A stretch of DNA of 64,000 nucleotides from Antedon mediterranea (lineage: Eukaryota; Animalia; Echinodermata): the NCBI RefSeq assembly GCF_964355755.1, contig NC_092672.1, positions 11,160,001 through 11,224,000 on the forward strand, given 5' to 3'. This document shows positions 1 through 10,126 of this stretch, one piece after another; within the stretch, counting starts at the first letter, position 1; the number at the start of each line of letters is the position of its first letter. Made by a program: the position numbers and the translations under genes. Under the pieces are notes generated by a model that was given only the letters and a program-made list of their open reading frames with translations, had not been told where the DNA came from and ran no database searches.

Positions 1-294
1 AAACTGCGGGGACACATGGATGGTCGGTGTGAAAGGTACCAACATCAAACTCCAGATTTTTTAGGTTTTTATTTCAAAATATTTATAGCAGGTCTACAAA
101 ATAATAAATAGTAAATAAAACATTATGACAGAAATAATTAGTAAATTAAAAATATTATCAATTAAAATGATTCTAATGATCATTGCTAGCAAACAAAGTA
201 GAGGGCAGTATTTACAATTTTATTAAAAAAAAACCTGGTGTTGCTTGGTTGGTGTGAATGGAGATCACTACAGAGTTTTGGTGTGAAAGGGGTA
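1..294. mobile_element. Right part of a Harbinger/Tourist-type MITE, same family as 38403-38967, in an enolase intron
   Basis: Colinear with 38540-38967; ends in the terminal motif TTTTGGTGTGAAAGGGGTA followed by TTA. Confidence 0.75.
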
Positions 295-354
295 TTACAA
301 TCTTGAATTATTCATCCTTCCGTAGTTTAGGGTTACAAATAAATAATTACCCAC

Positions 355-1817
355 CTTTGAGATAATATATGGTGCTATAACATCATTTATGTTGGAAACT
401 GCCTTTAGAACACCTGAAAAATAAATAAAATTAAATCTACTTTACCTTTTCAACCTTCATGTTTAATAACTCCATGATTTTACTTAATACTTAAAGAATA
501 GTAATAATATTTATTGGTTACTCTTTATGCTTTAAAATAGAGAAACACTCTCGTAATGAGAGGTTCCACCCATACAAAATATTTACAAAAGTGTACAATA
601 TTTGCAAGTTGTCCTTGGTTGGGTGGTACAAAGATCTAACTTTTAGCAGGAATTGTCGTTCACTTTATATTGCAAACCCTGAAAAAATAGTAAAATGCAC
701 CTACCTTTGCCAAGAAACCTTATTGGATCTTTATCCCGCAACTCTAAAGCTTCATATATTCCAGTCGATGCTCCACTAGGAACAGCAGCTCTGAACATTC
801 CTAAAATAAAAATGTTCACACAATTAGGCCTATTGTGGAGAAAAATGTGAAATAGAATAGAAGTGGAATTTTTAAGCACAATGAATTACTCCACTAATTT
901 TCTGAATATGCACCCAAAAAAAAAGTAATAAAATAACGGAAAAAATTTAATTCCCTTTCTTTATTTCATAATCAAATGTACATACAGTATTACCGGAATC
1001 AATTCACAACATCTAAGTTTTAAAAAAAAACAGAGCTGGTGTATTTTTTAATTCAACACTGCCTTCTATCTATTTTTGAGAGGTAAGGAGTATTATGTTG
1101 TGGCTGTGTAAGGGGAATCCCCTTTTCGTTCAGAAAAAAAATTAAAAATTATGACCGCAGATGGTGGTACAATGGCTTAAATAAATAAATTTGCTTGTGT
1201 GCAAACCTTTTTGTTATAATTTTAATGCAGAAAACAAAGTATACATCAACATTTTGAAGATATTGAGCCGAAACCTTTTTTGACTTTAGAGAGGACAGTA
1301 GAACAAGGGGCCATCAATTCAAATTAAGAAAGCCAAGAGCCCGACTGAAAATCAGAAGCCACTCCTTTTCAAGTAGAATCGTCAACACATGGAACAATCT
1401 ATACCACACTACAGTACAAGCAGAAAACATAAATGCATTCAAGGATCAACTAAACAAAGACAGAGCAATGGGAGATAAATTTTGCTACCAATTCTAGATA
1501 AATACAGAAGAAATGGAGGGCGTTTAAAAGGAATTTGCCTTAATCAAGAGCCCGAAGATTCAAGTAAGATTCAAGTAAGATCTTTATAATCTATGAGAAA
1601 ATGTAGAAAAACAGGAGCTCAATTGGATTGTTAGGCCAGTTGCCGAGTTTAAAATACAGGAGTCTTCCGACCCAAACGGGAGTGTTGGCATGTATGGCAT
1701 TGGAAAGGAAATGAATGCGATTCAATACCTACCTTTTTCAGTGGTAAGATCGACCTCAACGGTTGGGTTTCCACGACTGTCAAATATTTCACGAGCATGA
1801 ATCTTTGTGATCGGCAT
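355..1817 (-). CDS. ENO: Enolase, 5' coding exons (1817-1733, 800-705, 413-355); gene continues beyond the window start
   Basis: Spliced translation [28 protein letters not shown]|[32 protein letters not shown]|[20 protein letters not shown] is the canonical enolase N-terminus. GT-AG borders; exon sizes 85/96/59 bp keep the frame. Confidence 0.97.
1235..1582 (+). mobile_element. CR1-group LINE 3' fragment in an enolase intron
   Basis: Translates as [36 protein letters not shown]...[11 protein letters not shown] (CR1 ORF2 C-terminal motif), followed by a tandem tail CAAGTAAGATT. Confidence 0.8.
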
Positions 1818-2994
1818 AGTGAATTGATAAATTCTTCCTTTTTTTAAAAAAAAGGTTAAAAATAAGCATTTTATTTTAAATTAAATATGTATGTTTGGTA
1901 TACAGTAGGAGTACTAAAATGTCATGAATGTTCTTAAGAGAGCCAGTCACTAAAAATCAAACATTAGGTGGCAAGGGTCAAAATTTCGAATTGGCTCATA
2001 TTTTGCACATTGGTAGACCTTGATGTAAGTAAACCTGATGTGTAGATTGTTTGGTAAAATATCGCTTAGTTTTCGAGAAAATCGAAAAATAACGATTTTC
2101 GGCCAATTTTGTTAGATTTTGGTGTATAATTTACATTAACTTTAACAGCCTCTGGAAGCCAAACGTAGCAACCTAGCGTTTTAATATTTTACACTTACGT
2201 TAACTAGCATCTTGAATATAATTTAGTAAAGTTTCAAAAAATTTTGTGAAATTTTAAGATTTTGACTAATTAATTACTAATTAGAATATATAAAACTCTT
2301 AAAAAGTAGGGTAAAAACAAACGCGTTTTTTTTTATGTGCGACGAATTTTTTTTAAATAAAAAAGTCATCAATCTAAAGTTTAGATACTAATATTTATGA
2401 ATCAAGTACAAAAAAATTGGGGAAACTATTTTCCGCTCCGCGCCAGAGCCACAAAGTTGTAAGAATTTCAAAGATTTTATCTGTCGGCAAGATCAATCAG
2501 ATGTACCTATTGTTCTCTATTTAGCAATCCAAGTGGCTTTAAGCCAAACTTTTATTACGAGAAACAAACTTGAAAGATAAATTTTGAATTAAGTTGTAAT
2601 TTAAACACAAACTAAAAATACGTTTCTGGTAAAATTTCAATTACTAACCAATATATGAAATTAAGCAATTAACTAAAAATCACTCGCTTATTCTTTGTCA
2701 AACCACATTATTATAAATTATTCCATCCTCTCATAGTTTATAGGATAAAACTGAAAAACAAATTTTTTTAACTTGTTATCGTTTTCCTGTTTGTCGAACC
2801 TGGTCGAACTTACTCAACGAGAATGTTTCAAAACATTAACCACAGTAGACAAAACACTTTACTGCGTATATTCGATAGATAACGATATCTTCATTGACGT
2901 TGACAACGGAACTGATTTGTTATCAATTTTAGTTTATGTCTTACAATGTAAAGACGTGTTGAAAATAATTCTTATATATAAGAAAACAAACAAA

Positions 2995-4294
2995 ATGGAG
3001 ATTTCATGTTCTTTTAAATCGGTTGTCGGCGGAGCTTGTGGATTCGATAGAAAAGACCGCAAACAGAGCATCACTGAAGTCCTACCTTTACAAGCATGCC
3101 AGAAGGAAATCGCTGCACACAGATACATGTTTAGGTTTACGGGCATCGATAGTGAGTGGTACTATTTGTGCAGCAGGAAAATGGAAAGGCGTGAGTCATA
3201 TCAACAACATAGAGTATGGAAGCAGGTCCATGAAGGTGTGGATGGCGTGTATGGTATTGGTGCAGTACAAAATCTACTTTTGAGTAAATTATGTGTGCCC
3301 TTGAAGCTACCCAATTGAATTCATAACCAAGATACAACGTCTGATCAAAATAAATCAAGTATCATTTATTGCAGTAAAAGCAAGAATATAAGCCAAGACA
3401 TCTCATGAAGAACAAGCTGATATAAATGACGACGACCAAATAGAAAGTGAAGAAAGTCCTGGCACCCCCAGCAAACTGTTCTTTTGTCGCGAACAAGGTT
3501 GCATTAGGTCATATCAGAGGTACTCTTCCCTAGAGAAACACTTAGATTATGAAAATCACAAGAACGCACTAGAACATGAAACACTTTATGACAGGGCAAT
3601 GAAATTATACGCAACACAACTAGGAGAGAGGGTACTTCTAAAAATCCAGAACCAACAAGAACCAACGATTTGCCACGTTTTGACATTGGCCCCAAACTGC
3701 AAATGGGCTGGGCGTTAAAGTCCTCTGCAAAAAAACCCGATTTTCTGTACCACAGAAAACCAACCTTATTGATGTTTCTGACGCTGGAGAGCAGACGGGA
3801 CAGAAAGCTGATCCATGTGATGTCTCACGAGAGATGAGATCGGCCAGGCACAGCGATGGTTCACATCTATTTAGCAAGACTGAATTTTTAACAGCACATC
3901 AAGTTTTTTCTCACACTTGGCTAAAAAAAGGAGGACAGATGCAGTCGTTCATGATGATGATGATGACGAAGATGATGATTACGATAGTAATGAAGATGGT
4001 GACAAAGTCGAAGAAAATGGAGATGATTCAAAAACGGAAAAGGAAAGAGAAATTCAACTTTTGTCGCAAACCGTACTGGACACAATAGGCTTGCAGCATC
4101 CAATAATGTTTGAAATGCATAATATTTGTGAACTGAAACCTCAAGAAAAACTCTCCAGATTCTCTTTGCCAATGTTGCAAGAAATGTGTACTTCTCTTGA
4201 ACTTAATACCACAGATATAACCATAAAGCGCAAGAAGCCATACATTGATTGGCTGGGAAAGCTGGTTTCCGTGTGCAGTTGCTCGATTGATTAA
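2995..4294 (+). pseudogene. Sola3 transposase remnant (N-terminus joined to C-terminus, catalytic core apparently missing, frameshifted)
   Basis: Fragments MEISCSFKSVVGGACG..., KWKGVSHINNIEY, LFFCREQGCIRSYQRYSSLEKHLD, MGWALKS...GEQTGQKADP..VSREMRSARHSDGSHLF..EFLT resemble Sola3 transposase motifs as recalled, not searched. Confidence 0.7.
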
Positions 4295-4748
4295 GGTAGC
4301 AATGAATTCTTTAAAATAACAATTTAATATGTGGGACGATTCTGTTGTCTAAATTGTTAGTATTTAAAGTCGCGTTCTGTAAATTTTTAATAAAGCGAAG
4401 GGATGAAACAATGGTTTACAAGTTTACAAACAATAATTTATTGTTTAGGCTACGAATTATTAGGAAATTTTGCACGAGCACATGAACGTTATCGGATGTC
4501 ACCATTCTACTCATTTGCATAACAACAGAGTTCAGTGAACATTATTGCATTAACGTACTTGCTCGTTTTGAATTCAAGCTTCGACGGGAAGTGTAGAACG
4601 CAAAGCATGTGTAGCGCACGCAATATACGCCACACGTATTAAAACAAATCATGGAATACCTTGGGTTTATAGAGACTAAGCCTAGCCAGGCATGTTTAAT
4701 CATGTTTTGGTTAACGTTTTCATTTACGCTATTTTTCAGAAATAAGGT

Positions 4749-4838
4749 TCTCGACGCACGTAACTAAAGTTTTTCGTAATGCTTGCACACGCACAGCAAG
4801 TTGTTTACAAAGTGGGTGGAGCTTGGAAATAGCGTTAA
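4749..4838 (+). repeat. Dispersed repeat fragment, second copy at 26655-26775
   Basis: Shared TCTCGACGCACGTAACTAAAGTT...GTTTACAAAGTGGG(T/C)GGAGCTTG...GAAATAGCGTTAA. Confidence 0.7.
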
Positions 4839-4890
4839 CGTGCTCGTGCGAATACTCCCTATATGAGAAGATAAGAACATTATGTTATAT

Positions 4891-5075
4891 AGCCTGTTTT
4901 CCACTAGGCGAAATTATTCGCGCAAATCAAACATTTTCGCGTATACGCACACGTCAAATGGAACACTTTGTTGATAAAAATAAACTGCGCATGCGCGCGT
5001 ATAGTGCAAAAAATAATAATATTATTATTATTATATTATAATAATAATAAGAATAAATTCACCTAGTGGAAAACA
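4891..5075. mobile_element. Small palindromic MITE nested in the Sola3 element; related copy at 23727-23876
   Basis: TIR TGTTTTCCACTAGG(C/T)GAA at both ends. Confidence 0.65.
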
Positions 5076-6153
5076 TAACAGGTGATGAAGCTAAGCGCGT
5101 TATAATGTTGAGCTTAGATAGTAATTGCTTAATTTCATGTGTTAGTCGTTTAAATTTGACTAGAAATTTATTTTTAGATGTTTTTATATTAAAACGTAAT
5201 TCCAAATTATTCAGGACCTTTCAAGTTTGTTTCTCGTAGTAAAATTTACCTTAAATCTGTAAATAGAGAACAATAGGTACATCTGATTGATCTTGCCGAC
5301 AGATGAAATCTTAGAATTTCTTACAACTTTGTGGCTCTGACGCGGAGCGGAAAATAGTTTCCCCAAATTTTTTTTACTTGATTCATAAATATTAGTATCT
5401 AAACAGTAGATTGACTATTTTTTTATTAAAAAAAAATTCGTCGCACATGAAAAAAAAGCGTTTGTTTTTACTCTACTTTTTAAGAGTTTTATATATGCTA
5501 ATTAGTAATTAATTAGTCAAAATCTTAAAATTTCATCAAATTTTTTGAAACTTTACTAAATTATTGTCAAGATGCTAGTTAACGTTAGTGTAAAATATTA
5601 AAACGCTAGGTTGCTACATTTGGCTTCCAGAGGCTGTTAAACTTAATGTAAATTATACACCAAAAATTAACAAAATTGGCCGAAAATCGTTATTTTTCGA
5701 TTTTCTCGAAAACTAAGCGATATTTTACCAAACAAACTACACATCAGGTTTACTTACATCAAGGTCTACCAATGTGCAAAATATGAGCCAATTCGAAATT
5801 TTGACCCTTGCCACTAAATTACGAATATGTCTGATTTTTGGTGACAAGCACTCTTAAGTATTGCCGTTTATTATATTTTAAAATTGTAATTGAGAGGGTC
5901 CAGAAAACCTACTACTGTACTATAACTACTTAGGCCTAGCCACATCTAAAACATTTATTGATTATTCCATTAATTAAAGCAATCCATCAATTAAGTTTTC
6001 AATGTTGGAGGAGCCCCAGGATATATACAGATATATATATATTAACACATTAGGCAATGAACATTAATTCGAAACCGCCCGGTGATATACTGAAATTTAA
6101 TTAATTAATTTGAAATGATAAAGATGAGGAAATCTGTGAGAATGAGAAAAAGT

Positions 6154-6225
6154 CGCCCCAACCGAGACTCGAACTCGGACCGCCTGCTTGATATGCAGAT
6201 GTCCTAACCATTAGACCACTGGGGC
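6154..6225 (-). tRNA. tRNA-like sequence, anticodon ATC (Asp-derived); probably a tRNA-derived repeat or pseudogene
   Basis: Folds as a full cloverleaf: acceptor GCCCCAG/TTGGGGC, D-arm, anticodon stem TCTGC/GCAGG with loop ATATCAA, T-arm CCGAG-TTCGAGT-CTCGG; followed by TTTTT. Confidence 0.6.
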
Positions 6226-6387
6226 TTTCCTGGTATTGTTCAAACTCGATTGGATAGCGACTCTTTAACATTCTCGGCGTGGTACGGCGGAACAGCACTA
6301 GTCCTCAGTTGTACGCACGCGCACCAGAGATCAAATTGATATATATATATATAGATATAACCATTAGACAGTGGTCTAATGGCTAGA

Positions 6388-6455
6388 CAGTGGTCTAATG
6401 GTTAGGACATCTGCATATCAAGCAGGTGGTCCGAGTTCGAGTCTCGGTTGGAGCG
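6388..6455 (+). pseudogene. 5'-truncated second copy of the tRNA-like sequence (inverted arm)
   Basis: Reverse complement of 6154-6220 with 2 substitutions; the 5' acceptor strand is missing. Confidence 0.6.
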
Positions 6456-7146
6456 ACTTTTTCTCATTCTCACAGATTTCCTCATCTTTATCGTTTCAAA
6501 TTAATTAATTAAATTTCAGTATATCACCGGGCGGTTTCGAATTAATGTTCATTGCCTAATAATGTGTTTATATAGATATATATAGATTAAAAAATTCATA
6601 ATTTTTGCTCTTGGAAAGTTGTTGAGCAATGGATCTATATAGTACAGTAGGCTTAGGCCCCTTATCTAGTCTAGTAGAAGGCAGCCTGGTGCATGCAATG
6701 ATGGAATGGACCCTGGTTTTTTTGGCGTCTGAAACATTCTTTTTTTATACTTGTACTTACTACCGAGTGCAGGTAGGTATACCCACCACAGTCCACACTA
6801 ATAATCATCAGGCTTTTCTTAGAGTTTTAGACCTTACAATTCCTTTACAGTTCAATGAATTCCAATTGCACAAGTTAGCCTAATAAGGCCCCACAGACAT
6901 ACCACACTGACTGTATAGTATAGGCCTACTACTGCAGAGTAGAGAGCTTACCTAATCTCGCCCCTGGCAGGCCCAGGGTCCTCCTGAGTCCTAGCCTAGG
7001 CCTAATTTGGTATTTTGTTTATACCAGATATTTTTAATTTTCTAAAAGCATACATAATGGGTGTAAACAAAGCCTAAAAATCAATTCTCCAATAGTAACA
7101 TTGTTTATGATCCTATGAAATGGTGCTAATTATACAACAAACATAC

Positions 7147-7230
7147 CTTTGAAAAGGAGAAAAGTTTAAGCCGGGCTTGTGTCGTTCGGAAAGAGAGTGA
7201 GTGAGTGTGTCAGCTGCTGTGTGTGTACCG
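7147..7230 (-). other. Candidate non-coding first exon of enolase
   Basis: Strong donor AAG|GTATGT at 7147/7146 preceded by a pyrimidine-rich leader; the ATG exon has an acceptor-like AG about 20 nt upstream of ATG. Confidence 0.4.
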
Positions 7231-7736
7231 GTGAATATCCCTAAAGATAGAAATTGATTCGTATTATGGGTGCTTTCTATTTAAAAAAATCGTGCCGGGT
7301 TCAAAGATAGGTAACGTTTAGTATAGTATGGAAGGCAATCACCGCCAAAAATACTATTACAACGAAATGTATTCGCAGAAAAAAAGACAAAAAGACATGC
7401 ACAAAAACGTAAAATGTATTCGATAAAACAGACAAACACAAAACACAACGTAGTCGCGAATTAGTGCACAGAATTAAAAAGTTCCTAGGTCGCAGATGTC
7501 AGAAATCGAAGCTTGATCTTTTGTGTTATCATCATCATGGCCCCTATTATTAATATGCTTACATTGCAGATAGGTAAAAAAACTAAAAGACTCATATTGG
7601 CCAAAATGAATGGATGGACCATGGAGGTAGGCCTATCCTCCATGGATGGGACCAGGATGAAAATGGCAACATTTTTTAAGAATCAATCATAGAGTTATTT
7701 TTATACTCCATGAATCAAGAATATCAACATTGATAA

Positions 7737-8022
7737 TTTATTTTATTTATTTTAATTTTATTTTATGTCTTTAGGCACTGTGGCCAAGGATTACCAATAG
7801 TGAATTAATCACTGTCCTATCAGATAGGTGGTAATCCCCCTGATACAGGGGCTATTGTGTGAACCAGTTCACCGGGGTAACCCCCCTACTCTTTTTCGAA
7901 TAATGAACTGGGTTCTTTAAAGTACACACAGGTTATAACTGTGTACACTGGACCTACGGTTTATAGTCCTTATCCGAGAAGACTTGTTCCACCACCAGAA
8001 CTAGGAGCGAGTCGGCCTCGAA
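7737..8022 (-). mobile_element. SINE with Deu/Nin-type core; shorter relatives at ~32240-32405 and ~60195-60355
   Basis: Minus strand has TCGGATAAGGACTATAAACCGTAGGTCC and AAGAACCCAGTTCATTATTCGAAAAAGAGTAGGGGGGTTACCCCGG, plus an A-rich tail; the core recurs three times in the window. Confidence 0.7.
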
Positions 8023-8264
8023 TAATGGCAGCGACTGTAGTGTCATGAATGTCTAAAATGAATCATGGCGCTTTACTATCTGTTGTGTGCCATTCAACCT
8101 CGTGGCAAAATGTTTACAAAAACCTGAACGTGCATTAGAGCCCGGCCATTTTTAATTATCACTTTTTCGTCAGGTAGAACCAATACAGAACAACACAAAA
8201 GTCCATTACTCATGCGTCATCGTTTTAAGACTTCGGTAAAGATTGCATATAATGAGTATTTTTA

Positions 8265-9590
8265 TATTCATTCATTCGTCTTTTTATTTCGGAATACCAT
8301 GGTGACATAATAATATCCATAGCAAAAGAGAAAAGAAAAAAATCTTAATCTAAGAGCTCATAAAAAACAAAAATGTATATATATAAAAAGTCAATGCAAC
8401 AAGGCATTCCATTGTATGTGCATTCTTGACACATTAAGAACGAACGTGGACATTAATGGCCATGGATGATCAAAGAATTACTACTTGCGTTCACACGATT
8501 TTTAAAAACTAAAAACAGATTTCTAATGAACTAATCAAGGATGGGACGTCATTTAAGACAAACATCATGCTACAGTAGCACTAAAATTTATAGGCTGCTT
8601 CAGCAGAAAACATAAAGGCATATTATAACATACTTTCAATGATCTCAGAGTGCTCTTAGTATATCTACACCATAAGGTTGAGCAGTATAGACTATATTCT
8701 GATAACATAACTCTTAAGATAACATTTAGTGGTAGTAGAACATTTACCAAACTTTCTATTTAGAGAGTTGGCCCTAATGCAAATAGATCGATATTGACGT
8801 TACGGTTTAATGTCACTTTCATAACTCAGATTGTTACTGATCACATGACCAAGATAGGTTATTGAATTATCAACGTTTAGAGGTACCGGCCCCATTTAAG
8901 GTAATATTATGTGGAACACCTATGAGGTTGCGGGCTTTCGGACAAAATAGCTAGCATTTGGATTTGGTTGCATTAAAAGTAATATCATGGTCACTAGCAA
9001 AACCTTCACAGAGTCTAATTAGGCTTTGTAAGCCAGCGACGTCATCGGCGAAGCTTAGGCAATTAGGTTTAAGACCGCTAAGTTCTTCTGAAGTTCCTTC
9101 TTTTTACTCAGTCAATTCTCAACAGTTAACGGATCGGTGTACACATTATAAAAGTAATGGGGACATCCCATTACCAACTGTGAAAGAATCGGAAACGGAA
9201 CCACCCCACCTGACAACAAATTCCTGATTCCTATACCATGACCTCAGTATCTTAACTACAGGTGAAGAGGTACCCCTGTCAATCAGGGTCTTGACAAGTG
9301 TCCGTGGTTCACTTTATCAAAGGCTTTGCTAGCGTCCAAGAAACAGCAATAAACTGGGCTACCATGATTGTTGTAATGCTCGATAATCTGCAAAATACAC
9401 AGTTCAGTTGAGTGACCAGATTTTAAGGCAAACTGGTTGTCATGGGAGTTCAGTGAATTACCACAATGTTGTATCATTACAGAAGCTGTGACATGCCAGA
9501 GCTATTGGCCGATAATTCCCTTTATCAGTGATATTCCCTGATTCAGATTTAATTACCGGTACTAATTCATCTAATTGTTTTTCTTAATGT
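8265..9590 (-). mobile_element. Degenerate LINE (L2/Daphne-like) reverse transcriptase fragment
   Basis: NQFALKSGHSTELC...GSPVYCCFLDASKAFDKVNH, NQEFVVRWGG..SDSF.V.NG and FADD motifs with frameshifts; AATAAA plus (GAAT)n tail at ~8265-8290. Confidence 0.85.
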
Positions 9591-10126
9591 TTCCTGGAAT
9601 TTCGGTCCCTCGACTCTTATACAACCCTTAAAAGGCCTCCAATCCAACCAAAGGGCTCTCCTCCCATCCCACACGTTGTCTCATAAAACGGTACGGATGT
9701 TACGAAATGCACTCCCGGCGCCGCATACAGAATCTCGACTCGTCCATTTCGATTTGATCGTTAGTTAGTGTTTGTTTATTTTTTTTGGCGTGTGGTTGTT
9801 GACGTGGGTAGAGTTTTTATAAAAAAGATATACTTTAGGCCAGGCCTAGTGTTTTATTTTAGCAATTTAATGATATTTGTATTAAGCGTTTAAATAGTTG
9901 GTAATCTCTTTTTGAAAATAGTCCAGAATGCTTTGTTTTCAATGATCTAAGTATCTAGGCTAGGCCTGAACTCACGGACGTACGACGTTTGTTAGAGGAG
10001 AGCCACAAAGTTCTGGGCGAAAATTGTTGTTTTATCCGGCATCGAGCAGAACAACCATCGTAGACATCAGTCGTGCATAGGCCTAGCTTCTGACGCAAGT
10101 AACTAACTTCTCATAAAACATTTCCA

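Larger units (their letters stand above)
1938..5853 (+). mobile_element. Sola3-type DNA transposon, internally deleted
   Basis: TTAA at both flanks (1934-1937, 5854-5857), GAG...CTC termini and roughly 700-bp TIRs (~1938-2680 vs ~5120-5853), all Sola3 hallmarks. Transposase remnants inside. Confidence 0.85.
6044..6570. repeat. ~175-bp inverted repeat containing the tRNA-like sequence, flanked and interrupted by (TA)n
   Basis: 6044-6220 is the near-perfect reverse complement of 6388-6570; (TA)n runs at ~6032, ~6340 and ~6570. Confidence 0.9.

Noticed and set aside
6101-6298. 65-aa ORF, and a possible hammerhead core (CTGAGGA...GAAA) on the minus strand
   Set aside because: The ORF just reads through the tRNA-like sequence; convincing hammerhead stems could not be built
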